Positions 27,871 to 38,799 of a stretch of 64,000 nt of DNA are shown piece after piece (the stretch's first letter is position 1; each line of letters starts with the position of its first letter). The stretch comes from Clostridiales bacterium (GTDB lineage: Bacteria; Bacillota; Clostridia; Oscillospirales; Oscillospiraceae). A program made the position numbers and the translations under genes. The stretch is from contig JAAVHV010000007.1 of assembly GCA_014799505.1 (NCBI GenBank), forward strand, positions 4,054 to 68,053, written 5' to 3'. A model generated the notes under the pieces. The model saw nothing but the letters and a program-made list of their open reading frames with translations. It had not been told where the DNA came from and did not search any database.

Positions 27871-30225
27871 CTAGATACCAATGGCCAGGCAAACGCCCCG
27901 CACGAAAAACGCCACGATCCAGGCCACCGCGCACTGCCAGAGCACGACGCCCACTGCCCACCTGCCCCCGAGCTCCCGGCGGATCGCGGCGATGGAGGCC
28001 ACGCAGGGGGTGTACAAAAGGGAAAATACCAGCATCGTCGCGGCGTCAACGGTTGTCAAAGCGGCCTGGATCCCGCCGCCGAACAGCAGCTCCATGGTAG
28101 AGACCACGCTCTCCTTTGCCATGAAACCGCTGACCAGCGAGGTCGCGATGCGCCAGTCGCCCAGCCCCAGGGGGGCCAGGACCGGGGCCAGCCAACCGAC
28201 CACCGCCGCCATCAGGCTCTCCGAAGGCGTGGATACGGTGTTCAGATGGTAGTCAAAGCTCTGCAAAAACCACACCACGATGGTGGCCAGCAAAATGATG
28301 CTGAACGCCCTGTTCAAAAAATCCTTGGCCTTTTCCCACAAGAGATGCGCCACGTTTTTGACCCCGGGCATCCGGTAATTCGGGAGCTCCATCACAAAGG
28401 GGACCGCCTCGCCCTTGAACAGCGTCTCTTTGAACAGCAAGGCTGCCACGATGGCCACGGCGATGCCCAGCAGGTACAGCCCGGTCATGATAAGCCCCCC
28501 CTGTCCGGGGAAAAACGCGCCCACAAAAAAGGCGTAGATGGGGAGCTTTGCCGTGCAGCTCATAAACGGCGTGAGCAGGATGGTCATTTTTCGGTCGCGC
28601 TTACTGGGCAGGGTCCTGGTGGCCATCACGGCCGGCACCGTGCAGCCGAAGCCGATGAGCATGGGCACGATGCTGCGCCCTGAAAGCCCCAGCTTTCGCA
28701 GCAGCTTATCCATAAAAAACGCCACACGGGCGACATACCCGCTGTCCTCCAGGATGGACAGGAAGAAAAACAGCGTGACCACGATGGGCAGGAAGCTGAG
28801 GACGCTCCCCACGCCGCCAAAGATCCCGTCGATCACCAGGCTGTGAAGCGCCCCGTTGACATGGGCGGCGGTCATCCAGCCGTCTGCCGCCAAGGAGAGC
28901 GCGTCGATCCCCGCTTCCAGAAGCTCCTGGAAGAACGCGCCGATCACATTGAACGTCAGGTAAAAGACCAGCCCCATGATGGCGATGAAGCAGGGGATGG
29001 CCGTCCATTTCCCGGTGAGGACCCGGTCGATTTTTTCCGAGCGGATGCGCTCGCGGCTCTCCCGGGGCTTCTGCACCGTGCGTTCACAGACATGCTCAAT
29101 AAAGTCAAAGCGCATATCGGCGATGGAGGCGCTGCGGTCCATCCCGCCCTCCCGCTCCATCTGCGTGACAATGTGCTCGATGGTCTCTTTCTCATTCTGG
29201 TCCAGCTTCAGCTGCTCCAGGATCAGTGTATCCCCCTCGATCACCTTGGTGGCGGAAAACCGCAGCGGCAGGCCGGCCTGCTCCGCGTGGTCCTCGAGGA
29301 TGGCGCCCACCGCGTGGATCGCCCGGTGGATGGCGCCGCCATGGTCGTCCTTGCTGCAAAAATCCTGCTTTGCGGGCCGCTCCTGGTATTTGGCGACATG
29401 GAGGGCATGGTCGATCAGCTCCCGCACACCTTGATTTTTCGCGGCGGAAATGGGGACCACGGGGACGCCCAGCATGGCCTCCATCCCGTTGATGTCGATG
29501 GAGCCGTTGTTGCCTGTCACCTCGTCCATCATGTTGAGGGCTACCACCAGAGGGACGTTCATCTCCAGAAGCTGCATGGTCAAGTACAGGTTGCGCTCGA
29601 TGTTGGTGGCGTCTACGATGTTGATGATGGCGCGGGGCCGCTCTTCCAGGACAAAATTCCGGGAGACGATCTCCTCGCTGCTATAGGGCGACATGGAATA
29701 GATCCCCGGCAGGTCGGTGACCCGTGTTTCGGGATGCCCCTTGATGGGCCCGTCCTTCCGGTCCACGGTCACCCCCGGGAAATTGCCCACGTGCTGGTTG
29801 GCGCCGGTCAGCTGGTTGAACAGCGTGGTCTTCCCGCAGTTCTGGTTGCCCACCAGGGCGAAGGTGAGCGGCGTCCCCTCGGGCAGCGCCTCGCCATCCC
29901 CTCTGGCGTGGTATTTGCCGTCCTCCCCCAGCCCCGGGTGCTCCGTAGGATCGAACCGGTCCACACGGCGGTGCTGGTTCGTCCGCTCCTGAATGGGCCT
30001 GACGGCGATTTGATCCGCGTCCGCCAGCCGGAGGGTCAGCTCATAGCCGTGGATCTGCAATTCAACGGGGTCCCCCATGGGCGCGAACTTCACCACCGTG
30101 ACCTCCGCGCCCGGGATCACCCCCATGTCCAAAAAATGCTGCCGGAGCGCGCCCTCTCCGCCCACCTCTGTAATTACGGCGCTCTCTCCCGCCTTCAGGT
30201 TTTTTAAGGTCATATCCATAAACAC
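27871..30225 (-). CDS. feoB: Ferrous iron transporter FeoB with N-terminal FeoA domain
   Basis: APMGDP FeoA domain; GNQNCGKT, VGNFPGVTV, DLPG; membrane gate domains. Confidence 0.95.
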   Translation of the reverse strand: MFMDMTLKNLKAGESAVITEVGGEGALRQHFLDMGVIPGAEVTVVKFAPMGDPVELQIHGYELTLRLADADQIAVRPIQERTNQHRRVDRFDPTEHPGLGEDGKYHARGDGEALPEGTPLTFALVGNQNCGKTTLFNQLTGANQHVGNFPGVTVDRKDGPIKGHPETRVTDLPGIYSMSPYSSEEIVSRNFVLEERPRAIINIVDATNIERNLYLTMQLLEMNVPLVVALNMMDEVTGNNGSIDINGMEAMLGVPVVPISAAKNQGVRELIDHALHVAKYQERPAKQDFCSKDDHGGAIHRAIHAVGAILEDHAEQAGLPLRFSATKVIEGDTLILEQLKLDQNEKETIEHIVTQMEREGGMDRSASIADMRFDFIEHVCERTVQKPRESRERIRSEKIDRVLTGKWTAIPCFIAIMGLVFYLTFNVIGAFFQELLEAGIDALSLAADGWMTAAHVNGALHSLVIDGIFGGVGSVLSFLPIVVTLFFFLSILEDSGYVARVAFFMDKLLRKLGLSGRSIVPMLIGFGCTVPAVMATRTLPSKRDRKMTILLTPFMSCTAKLPIYAFFVGAFFPGQGGLIMTGLYLLGIAVAIVAALLFKETLFKGEAVPFVMELPNYRMPGVKNVAHLLWEKAKDFLNRAFSIILLATIVVWFLQSFDYHLNTVSTPSESLMAAVVGWLAPVLAPLGLGDWRIATSLVSGFMAKESVVSTMELLFGGGIQAALTTVDAATMLVFSLLYTPCVASIAAIRRELGGRWAVGVVLWQCAVAWIVAFFVRGVCLAIGI

Positions 30226-30327
30226 ATCTCTCCTGTCATCGGCTGAATTGTACCATAGCCGGCGGGGAAAATCTACTGCATTCCCGCATTTTTACAGTGT
30301 GGCCAAATGCCCGGTCAGAAAAATATT

Positions 30328-30549
30328 TTAAATGCGCTGCAAAATCCTCTTTTTCTAAAGACCAACCGTACTTTGACTGTGCTTTGGGGCGTTCTTTACC
30401 TCTTTACATCCGGCTTTACCTGGTTCCTGATGCGGACCCCTGTTAGCAGCGCTGTGGGGCTGATCAACTCTGTATTGCCCATCTTGATGGGGATTTTTAC
30501 CGTATGGTTTCAAAAATGGTATCCGGCGAAAGTAGCCAGAGGAGAGTAA
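30328..30549 (+). pseudogene. Orphan C-terminal fragment of a membrane protein
   Basis: Two hydrophobic helices (NPLFLKTN..WFQKWYPA) without a credible start or RBS. Confidence 0.4.
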
Positions 30550-30682
30550 GACCGCCGCGGTTTATGGAAAATAGGCCGCATTTATTCCGGGACAGGCTCT
30601 AAAAAACAGGAGCGGCATGGTTTTTGACCCTGCCGCTCCTGCTTCATTCGGCCCCCTGGCTTCGTCAGGGAGGCGTTGTTTT

Positions 30683-31594
30683 TTACACCTTCGGTTGGTA
30701 GTTCAGCCCCGCCGGATAGAAGAAATTCATCTTTTTGTCCGACAGCCGGATGTTCAGCTCACGGGAGCGCAGGATCTCGCCGTCCACCGCCGCCACCAGC
30801 TCCTTGGGACTGCGGACGGACACCCCGTCCCCCTGGTCGTACTGGATCAGGTCGGGGTACTTGGCGTACCGGCCCTTGCCGTATTCCCCGATCAGGCGGA
30901 AGAAGGTGAGTCGGCTCACCTTGCGCACCACCAGGGTCTCCAGCAGGCCGTCGTCGGGCATATTGTCCCCCACGGGCATGAAGCCGCCGCCGTAGTACCG
31001 CCCGCTGCACACGCAGATGATGGTGCCCTCCCCCTCGTAGTGGAAGTCCCCCATGTCCACCGTCATGGGCTGGGAGATGCTCTTGAACAGTGCGTTGGCC
31101 ACGGCGGAGATGGCGTAGGCCCCGATGCCGCTGACCAGGGGGAGGCCGTTGTATTTGTCCTTGTCCGCGGCGATGCGGGCGTCCAAACCGGCGCACACGG
31201 TGTTGAGTCCCAGATGGCCGTTGCAGTCGATGAGATCCATGGCGGCCTGGGGACCCTCCGACAGGGCCTTCAAATCGGCGAACCGGGCCCTGTTTTCCTT
31301 GCCGAAGAGCTTCAAAAAGTCGTTCCCCGTGCCGATGGGCACGTTGGTGATGGCGGCGTTGTCGTACCCCGCCGCGCCGTTTACCACCTCGTTCAGGGTG
31401 CCGTCGCCGCCGCAGGCGTAGATGCGAACCTCATCGCCGCTCTCCGACGCCTCCCGGGCAATGCGGCGGGCGTCGCCGGCCTGCTTGGTGTAAATGATCT
31501 CATAGGGCACGTCCAGCTTGCGGATGTTTTCCTCCAGCAGCTTGGCGCCTTTCTTTTTTCCCGCCTTGGGGTTGATGATGAAGATATGCCGCAT
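30683..31594 (-). CDS. Diacylglycerol kinase family lipid kinase (YegS/BmrU)
   Basis: INPKAG, GGDGTLNE, GTGNDF, DGE. Confidence 0.92.
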   Translation of the reverse strand: MRHIFIINPKAGKKKGAKLLEENIRKLDVPYEIIYTKQAGDARRIAREASESGDEVRIYACGGDGTLNEVVNGAAGYDNAAITNVPIGTGNDFLKLFGKENRARFADLKALSEGPQAAMDLIDCNGHLGLNTVCAGLDARIAADKDKYNGLPLVSGIGAYAISAVANALFKSISQPMTVDMGDFHYEGEGTIICVCSGRYYGGGFMPVGDNMPDDGLLETLVVRKVSRLTFFRLIGEYGKGRYAKYPDLIQYDQGDGVSVRSPKELVAAVDGEILRSRELNIRLSDKKMNFFYPAGLNYQPKV

Positions 31595-31758
31595 GGCCCA
31601 TCCCTCCTTCGTCCTCGCAAACTCCATTCCGTTGCTCGTCCTCTCCAAAGCGGACCCACTTCGCCGTGGGCGGGCCTCGGCCCGCTTAGGCCTGTGGCGG
31701 CTTTGCCGCCTAACGGTTGGGCTCCGCTTTGGGGCGCGGCTTCGCCGCGCTGAAAATG

Positions 31759-32880
31759 CTATACCCCATACATAAAAAAATCACATTTAATCATGCCGTT
31801 GTAGAGCTTCCGCTTTTTGTCCGCGCTCCTGCCGAAGGACCGCTCAAACTCGGTGTGGGAGGACAGTACGTTCACCTGCCAGCCCTTTGGCAGCGACCGC
31901 GCCGCGCGGCCGAAGGCCCGGTATAGGTCCTCTGCCTCCCGCTTTTCCAGCAGACGTTCTCCATAGGGCGGGTTGGTCACCACCCGCCCCTTCGGTTCGT
32001 CCCGGCGGAACTTGGCCGCGTCGGCCACCTCGAAGCGCACCGTGTCCTCTACGCCGGCAAGCTCTGCATTGTGCCGGGACAGCTCCACGGCGGCGGGGTC
32101 GATGTCCCCGCCCCAGATGTCATAGGAGCCGTGGAACTCGTGATCCATGGCCTCGTCGGCCGCGTCCATCCATAGTTTGGAGGGCAGCCACCGCCACTTC
32201 TGGGCGGCGAAGGAGCGGTTCAGCCCCGGCGCCCGGTTTTTTGCGATGAGCGCCGCCTCGATGGGAATGGTGCCCGAGCCGCAGAAGGGGTCGCAGAAGG
32301 GGTCACGGCCTTTGTATCGGGACAGGGCCACCAGCGCCGCCGCCAGAGTCTCCCGCAGGGGGGCGCCCATGTTCTGGGCCCGGTAGCCCCGCTTGTACAG
32401 GCTGTCCCCGGAGGTGTCCAACATTAAGGTGACTTGATCCTTCAAAATAGAGAACTGCACCTGGTACAAGGCCCCGGTTTCCGGCAGCTCCGACAAACCA
32501 TACACCGACCCCAACCTTTTGCACAGCGCCTTTTTCAGGATGGACTGGCAGGCTGGCACCGAGTGGAGCTGGGAGCTGATGGTGTAGCCCTTCACCGGGA
32601 AGCGGCCATCCCGGGGGATGTAGTCCTCCCATGGCAGGGCGGCGCAGCCTTCAAACAGTTCCTCAAAGGAGCGGGCCTGAAAAGAACCCAGGCACAGCAG
32701 CAGACGGGCTCCGGTGCGCAGATTCAAATTGACGCGGGGAATGTCCGCGGGGGCGCCTTGACACAGCACCCGGCCGTTTTCCGCCGCCACCTGGGACAGC
32801 CCCAGCCGTTTCAGCTCCCAGGCCACCGTGGATTCCACCCCCATCAGGGCGGGTATGACAAACTGTAAGGTTTCTCCCAT
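31759..32880 (-). CDS. THUMP-domain rRNA methyltransferase (RlmL/YpsC-like)
   Basis: LYKRGYR, APLRETLAA, DPFCGSGT, NPPYGER. Confidence 0.92.
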   Translation of the reverse strand: MGETLQFVIPALMGVESTVAWELKRLGLSQVAAENGRVLCQGAPADIPRVNLNLRTGARLLLCLGSFQARSFEELFEGCAALPWEDYIPRDGRFPVKGYTISSQLHSVPACQSILKKALCKRLGSVYGLSELPETGALYQVQFSILKDQVTLMLDTSGDSLYKRGYRAQNMGAPLRETLAAALVALSRYKGRDPFCDPFCGSGTIPIEAALIAKNRAPGLNRSFAAQKWRWLPSKLWMDAADEAMDHEFHGSYDIWGGDIDPAAVELSRHNAELAGVEDTVRFEVADAAKFRRDEPKGRVVTNPPYGERLLEKREAEDLYRAFGRAARSLPKGWQVNVLSSHTEFERSFGRSADKKRKLYNGMIKCDFFMYGV

Positions 32881-33177
32881 AACAAGCTCCGTTCAAAAAA
32901 TTTTGCGCAACCCCTTGACCTTGCACCTAGTTCCCGCTACTCCCGCCCGCCGGGCGGGAGTACCGCAAGAAAAGTTTTTTGAAAACCCCCTTGACTTTAT
33001 ACCTGGTGAAAGGTGTAGTATTCTGTCAAGGGCAGGGGAAATATTTCACAAAGCCTAGTATAAAGTAAAATGGAAGCGCTGGCAACAATAATATGAAAAT
33101 ATATGCGAAAAACTTCTTTCCTCCCGGCCCTGTTTGTGGTACACTGGAAGAAGTACTGACGAAAGGAGTTGTGGAGT

Positions 33178-33666
33178 ATGCCGTTCAATCTAGACGCGGA
33201 ATCCATTCAGAAGATCCTCTGGCTGGCGCTGCTGCTGCTCTTTGCAATCAGTGAGGCCGTCACCGTGGGGCTGACTTCCATCTGGTTCGCCGCCGGGGCG
33301 CTGTGCGCCCTCATCGCCGCGCTGCTGGGCGGGCCGCTGTGGATCCAGATCACCCTGTTTTTGGCGGTGAGCCTGCTGTGCCTGGCCGCCGTGCGGCCCC
33401 TGGCCAAGCGGCATCTGAACGACCGGGTGGAGCCCACCAACGCCGACCGTGTCATTGGGGCGGAGGCCCAGGTGACGGAGGACATCGACAACATCCACGG
33501 CAAGGGGGCCGTCATCATCCGGGGCATGACCTGGTCCGCCCGGAGCGAGGATGACAGTATCATCGCCGCCGGAGCCCGGGTGAGGGTGCTGCGCATCGAG
33601 GGGGTCAAGGTGTTCGTGGAGCCCATTGCCGCCTCCATCGCCGCGGGCGAGCCCAAGAGCTGGTAA
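33178..33666 (+). CDS. NfeD-family protein
   Basis: TM helices plus OB-fold WSARS..IEGVKVFV; adjacent to SPFH gene. Confidence 0.9.
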   Translation: MPFNLDAESIQKILWLALLLLFAISEAVTVGLTSIWFAAGALCALIAALLGGPLWIQITLFLAVSLLCLAAVRPLAKRHLNDRVEPTNADRVIGAEAQVTEDIDNIHGKGAVIIRGMTWSARSEDDSIIAAGARVRVLRIEGVKVFVEPIAASIAAGEPKSW

Positions 33667-33704
33667 CCAAAGGCATTATTTCATATATTTTAGGAGGTAA
33701 TCAA

Positions 33705-34694
33705 ATGAAAACACTCGCACTGGCCGGAGCTATCTACATTGGGGATATTGTGGGCCCCGTCATCGTCCTGCTCGTCATCATCGTCCTGTTGGGCATCCTG
33801 GCGTCCAACGTGAAGGTGGTCCAGCAGTCCAAGGCCGTGGTCATCGAGCGGCTGGGCGCGTTCCACTCCGTGTGGGGCGTGGGTCTCCACATCAAGGTGC
33901 CCTTCATCGAGCGCGTGGCCAAGACCGTGTCCCTGAAGGAGCAGGTGGTGGACTTCGACCCCCAGCCCGTCATCACCAAGGACAACGTCACCATGCAGAT
34001 CGACACTGTGCTGTACTTCCAGATCACCGACCCCAAGCTGTACACCTACGGCGTGGAGCACCCCATGGCCGCCATTGAGAACCTGACCGCCACCACCCTG
34101 CGTAACATCATCGGCGATCTGGAGCTGGACCAGTCCCTGACCAGCCGCGACCACATCAACACCCAGATGCGGGCCATCCTGGACGAGGCCACCGATCCCT
34201 GGGGCATCAAGGTCAACCGCGTGGAGCTGAAGAATATCATGCCGCCCCGTGACATCCAGGAGTCCATGGAGAAGCAGATGCGCGCCGAGCGTGAGCGCCG
34301 TGAGGCCATCCTCCAGGCCGAGGGCCAGAAGCAGTCCCAGATCCTGGTGGCCGAGGGCGAGAAGCAGTCCGCCATCCTGCGGGCCGACGCCGCCAAGCAG
34401 GCCAAGATCATGGAGGCCGAGGCCGACAAGACCGCCAAGATCCTGGCCGCCGAGGCCGAGTCCGAGGCCATCTTGAAGGTACAGCAGGCCACCGCCGACG
34501 CCATCAAGCTCATCAACGAGGCTGCCCCCGGCGAGGGCGTGTTGAAGATCAAGGCGCTGGAGGCGTTCACCAAGGCCGCCGACGGCCGGGCCACCAAGAT
34601 CATCATCCCCAGCGAGCTGCAGGGGCTGGCCGGCCTGTGCGCCAGCGCCAAGAGCGTGTTCGACACCGTGGAGCCCAACCAGCCCAAGAAGTAA
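33705..34694 (+). CDS. SPFH/stomatin-like protein
   Basis: VIERLG, ITKDNV, WGIKVNRVE, QMRAERERR. Confidence 0.95.
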   Translation: MKTLALAGAIYIGDIVGPVIVLLVIIVLLGILASNVKVVQQSKAVVIERLGAFHSVWGVGLHIKVPFIERVAKTVSLKEQVVDFDPQPVITKDNVTMQIDTVLYFQITDPKLYTYGVEHPMAAIENLTATTLRNIIGDLELDQSLTSRDHINTQMRAILDEATDPWGIKVNRVELKNIMPPRDIQESMEKQMRAERERREAILQAEGQKQSQILVAEGEKQSAILRADAAKQAKIMEAEADKTAKILAAEAESEAILKVQQATADAIKLINEAAPGEGVLKIKALEAFTKAADGRATKIIIPSELQGLAGLCASAKSVFDTVEPNQPKK

Positions 34695-34704
34695 GGGACG
34701 CACG

Positions 34705-34887
34705 ATGTACGAGTACAAGTACGTTTCCGTAGACCGGGAGGGCTGGATCTTTTCCGGCTTCCAGAGCTACCGGGAGGCCATCGACAAGGAGGCCGCCGAC
34801 GGCTGGCGGTACACGGGCTGGGTCCCGGTGGACATCACAAACGGCGCGATGACCCGGATCGACCTGGTCTTTGAGCGGGAAGCATAA
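34705..34887 (+). CDS. DUF4177-like small protein
   Basis: MYEYKYV..AADGWRY..LVFER pattern. Confidence 0.7.
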   Translation: MYEYKYVSVDREGWIFSGFQSYREAIDKEAADGWRYTGWVPVDITNGAMTRIDLVFEREA

Positions 34888-34944
34888 GCAGCATAAAAGG
34901 AGCGGCCCAATCGGGGCCGCTCCTTTTTGTGCTGCTTGCGGTTT

Positions 34945-35466
34945 TTATTTGTTCACCTTCAACACGTCGTCCCCCACCTGGACAGGGCCGGTCTTGACCT
35001 GCTCCACCCCGGCGAAGTCGTCGGAGTTGGTGACGGCGGTGATGATGGTGGTGGGGTGGCCCGCCGCCTTGATGGTCTCCAGATCCATGGTGAGCAGGGG
35101 GTCGCCCTTCTTCACCTGCTGGCCCTCCTTCACCAGCATGGTGAAGCCCTGGCCCTTCATCTCCACGGTGTCCACACCGCAGTGGACCAGCAGCTCCATC
35201 CCATCCGCCTCCAGACCCACGGCGTGGAGGCTGTCGGGCACCTGGCTGACGGCGCCGTCCACGGGGGAGTAGACCTTGCCGTCCTCCGGCTCGATGCCGC
35301 AGCAGAAGCCCACGAAGCCCTGGCTGAAGGCGGCGTCAGGGATGTCCGCCATGGGGATGGCGTTTCCCTTGGCCACGGCGCCTACCAGCAGCTCAGCGGC
35401 GGCCTTGGGCGCGGGGGCGGACTCCTCGCCCAGCAGACCCTTTTTCAGCTTGTCAAAAAATCCCAT
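34945..35466 (-). CDS. PTS glucose-family EIIA
   Basis: SPVDG, HAVG, LLVHCGVDTV. Confidence 0.9.
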   Translation of the reverse strand: MGFFDKLKKGLLGEESAPAPKAAAELLVGAVAKGNAIPMADIPDAAFSQGFVGFCCGIEPEDGKVYSPVDGAVSQVPDSLHAVGLEADGMELLVHCGVDTVEMKGQGFTMLVKEGQQVKKGDPLLTMDLETIKAAGHPTTIITAVTNSDDFAGVEQVKTGPVQVGDDVLKVNK

Positions 35467-35589
35467 AATGATCCTTCCTTTCAAATAATAATGCAAAAGC
35501 GCCGTGGGCGGGCTTATAAGCCCGCCCACGGCAGAGTTTACTCACAAGAGGAACCAGCTCCTGTGCTGTTGAAACACGGAGATCGTGCC

Positions 35590-37095
35590 TTACAGCATCT
35601 TCTTCAGCTCGTCGTACACGAACTGGACCTTCGGGCCAATGATGACCTGGCAGGCGTTCTTGCTGGGACGGATGACACCAGCCGCGCCGGCGGCCTTGAC
35701 GGCCTTCTCGTTGATGGCGGTGTAATCCTTGATCTCGAAGCGCAGACGGGTGGTGCAGTAGTCCACGGAGGACACATTGCCCTTGCCGCCCACGGCAGCC
35801 AGCACGCCGCTGGCAACGGTGGTGTAGTTGTTGTTGGACAGAACGATCTTGGCCTCCTCGGCCTCAGCGTCCTCGTCCTCGTTGCCCGGGGTCTTCAGGT
35901 TGAACTTCTTGATGGCAAAGTAGAACACCAGATAGAAGACCACGAACGCCGCGATGCCCAGGGGAATGATCAGCCAGGTTTTGGCGTGGGCAGGCAGGGA
36001 GGCGGAGAACAGCAGGTCGGTGGCGCCGGCGGAGAAGCAGAAGCCGGCACGGAAGCCCAGGGCCACGGTGACCATGGCGAAGATGGCGTACAGCAGGGCG
36101 TAGACCACGTACAGCGGGAAGGCCAGGAACATGAACGCGAACTCGAAGGGCTCGGTGACGCCGCAGATGAGCGCGCAGACGGCGGCGGAGCTGACGATGC
36201 CGATGGCGGCCTGCTTATTCTTGGCGGCGCGGACCATGGCCACGGCGGCGCCCAGGATACCGAACATCATGCAGGGGAAGAAGCCGGACATATACTGGCC
36301 GACGGACCAGGAGATCTCGGTGCCCATCAACTCCTTGGTGATGATGCCGCTCTGGCCGCTCCAGTAGGCGGACAGATCGCCCAGGCCGATGGTGTCAAAC
36401 CAGAACACGTTGTTCACGGCGTGGTGCAGGCCGGTGGGGATGAGCAGACGGTTCAGGAAGGTGTAGAGGCCGACGCCCACGACGTCCAGCTTGGCGATGA
36501 AGGAGCCGATGGTGACCAGGACGCTGAAGATCAAAGGCCACGCGAACAGGAGCACCGCGGAGACGACGATGGACACCACGCCGGTGACGATGGCCACGCA
36601 GCGCTTGCCGGAGAAGAAGGACAGCCAGTTGGGCAGTTGGGTGCTCTTAAACTTGTTGTAGCACCAGGAGCCGATGACACCGGCCAGAATGCCGATGAAG
36701 GGGTTGGCGATCCGGGAGTAGGCCACGCCCCAGGTCTCGTTCTTGACCAGCGCGGGGGCGTAGCTGCCGGCGGCGCTCACCAGGTTGGTCATCATAAGCC
36801 AGGAGACCAGAGCGGCTAAGCCGCCGGTGCCGTCGCTGTCCTTAGAAAGGCCGACGCCCACACCGATGGCAAACAGGATGGCCATGTTGTCGATGATGGC
36901 GTTGCCGGCGGTGATCAGGAAGTAGCCCACGGAGTAGGCCGGGCCGGAAGTGGCGTAACCCAGCTCAGCGGCCCATCCGCCCATCATGAAGGCGGGACAC
37001 AGGGCGTAGCCGATGCCCATCAGGATACCGCAGATGGGGAGCACCGCCACCGGCAGCATCAGGGCCTTACCGAGCTTTTGCAAATGCTTATACAT
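35590..37095 (-). CDS. nagE: PTS N-acetylglucosamine-type EIICB
   Basis: LQKLGKALMLPVAVLP, PTGLHH, GVTEPFEF, CTTRLR. Confidence 0.88.
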   Translation of the reverse strand: MYKHLQKLGKALMLPVAVLPICGILMGIGYALCPAFMMGGWAAELGYATSGPAYSVGYFLITAGNAIIDNMAILFAIGVGVGLSKDSDGTGGLAALVSWLMMTNLVSAAGSYAPALVKNETWGVAYSRIANPFIGILAGVIGSWCYNKFKSTQLPNWLSFFSGKRCVAIVTGVVSIVVSAVLLFAWPLIFSVLVTIGSFIAKLDVVGVGLYTFLNRLLIPTGLHHAVNNVFWFDTIGLGDLSAYWSGQSGIITKELMGTEISWSVGQYMSGFFPCMMFGILGAAVAMVRAAKNKQAAIGIVSSAAVCALICGVTEPFEFAFMFLAFPLYVVYALLYAIFAMVTVALGFRAGFCFSAGATDLLFSASLPAHAKTWLIIPLGIAAFVVFYLVFYFAIKKFNLKTPGNEDEDAEAEEAKIVLSNNNYTTVASGVLAAVGGKGNVSSVDYCTTRLRFEIKDYTAINEKAVKAAGAAGVIRPSKNACQVIIGPKVQFVYDELKKML

Positions 37096-37279
37096 AACTC
37101 AATTCCTCCCTCTTGAAGATTGGGGTTAATAAGGGGCTCGATCCCCGCTGGTTCCGAGGATCGAACCCTTGTTAACAGTATGTTAACACAGTTTCTGGAA
37201 ATTGAAAAGAGTTTTTAGCTGAGGTATGCAAAAATCTCATGTATTGCCAAAATTCCTCCAAAAATTCTGTGCACATTCA

Positions 37280-37915
37280 CTAAAAATAAGGGGAGACCGC
37301 CGACCAGATGCGTTGGGCCACCTGCTCCTGTGTGCCGGAGCCGTCCACCACCGCCACGCGTTCCACGTCCCTCAGCCGGTCGAACGCCTGGAAGTACAGC
37401 TCCCGGGTACGGCGCAGTCGATCCTCCTTTTCAAACAGCTCCTCGTGGTCACGGTTGCGGCGGATGCGCTCCATGGCCTCCTCGGCGGACACGTCCAGGA
37501 ACACGGTGACGGTGGGCCGGAGCAGCTGGGCGCTGAGGGCGTTGGCCTGGATGACCCAGTCCATGTCCACGTCCACGCTGTGGTAGGCGTAGGAGGAGAA
37601 GTAGTAGCGGTCGGACACCACGGTGATCCCCCGGTCAATGGCGGAGCGCAGGCCGTTTTCCTCGTTGACCAGATGATCCAGCCGGTCGGCGGCGTACAGC
37701 GCGGCGATGACCCGGGGATCCAGCGGGGTCTGGCCGGTGAGGGCCTGACGGATCAACGCCCCTACGGGGCGCTGCGTGGGCTCCCGGTCGGCGCGGCAGG
37801 GCACGCCCAGCCCTTCCAACCGCTTCACCAGCGGGCCGATCTGGCTGCTCTTGCCTGAGCCGTCGATGCCCTCCAGCACGATGAATTTACCGTTTTCCAT
37901 AGTACTATACTCCAT
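37280..37915 (-). CDS. tmk: Thymidylate kinase
   Basis: EGIDGSGKSS, REP, DRY. Confidence 0.93.
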   Translation of the reverse strand: MEYSTMENGKFIVLEGIDGSGKSSQIGPLVKRLEGLGVPCRADREPTQRPVGALIRQALTGQTPLDPRVIAALYAADRLDHLVNEENGLRSAIDRGITVVSDRYYFSSYAYHSVDVDMDWVIQANALSAQLLRPTVTVFLDVSAEEAMERIRRNRDHEELFEKEDRLRRTRELYFQAFDRLRDVERVAVVDGSGTQEQVAQRIWSAVSPYF

Positions 37916-37936
37916 TCTGCCCCCATTGGGCCGGCC

Positions 37937-38776
37937 CTATTCCTTTATCATATGCACGTTGACGTGGGGATAGGTCATCTCGATCCCTGCTTTGTCAAAG
38001 GCGGACTTCATGCCGTCCATCAGGTCAAAGTACACCGTCCAATAGTCGGCGTTGGCACACCACACCCGCATGACGTACCCGATGGCGTTGTCGCCGTAGC
38101 TGTCCACGTGAGCCACAGGCCCCGGCTCGGCCAGCGCCAGCGGGTGGTCCGCCGCCATTTGCTTCAGCAGGGCCAGTACCTTGTCCGTGGGCGCGTCGTA
38201 GCTGGCGGACACCTTCAGCTCCACCCGGCGGGTGGGCTGGGCGGAGTAGTTGATGATGTTGGCGGACACGATGGTGCTGTTGGGCAGCTGTACCAGCTTG
38301 TTGTCCGGGGTGGTGAGCTTGGTGTAGAACATCCCGATCTCCGTCACCGTGCCGGAGCAGCCCCCGGCGTCCACGAAATCCCCCAGCTTGAAGGGATGGG
38401 AGGCCAGCAGCTGCATCCCGCCCGCCATGTTGGAGAGGAAGTTTTGCAGCGCCAGGGAGAAGGCCAGGCCCACCACGGACAGCACCGCCACCAGAGAGGT
38501 GACCTCGATGTCCAGGCAGCCCAGCACGATGATGACCGTGATAAACCAAAGCACGCCCTTCAGCAGGTTGCGCAGCAGAGTTTGGAGGGGCGTGTCTAGC
38601 TTGGAGCGGCCCAAGGCCCGGGCCGTCACCTTGGTGAGTATCTTGATGACAACCAGGCAGACCACCGCTGCGATGACCGCGCCGAATATCTTGTTGGCGG
38701 TGAGCTTGCTGATATTTTCCAGCAGCCCTTCCGCGGCCTCCCCTGGAAGCACGCCGGTGAGCATGATAGGGGGCAT
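37937..38776 (-). CDS. MscS small mechanosensitive channel
   Basis: GLAFSLALQNFLSN, PFKLGD, TYPH. Confidence 0.92.
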   Translation of the reverse strand: MPPIMLTGVLPGEAAEGLLENISKLTANKIFGAVIAAVVCLVVIKILTKVTARALGRSKLDTPLQTLLRNLLKGVLWFITVIIVLGCLDIEVTSLVAVLSVVGLAFSLALQNFLSNMAGGMQLLASHPFKLGDFVDAGGCSGTVTEIGMFYTKLTTPDNKLVQLPNSTIVSANIINYSAQPTRRVELKVSASYDAPTDKVLALLKQMAADHPLALAEPGPVAHVDSYGDNAIGYVMRVWCANADYWTVYFDLMDGMKSAFDKAGIEMTYPHVNVHMIKE

Positions 38777-38799
38777 ACGCCCACCTCCGTTTCAATCTC

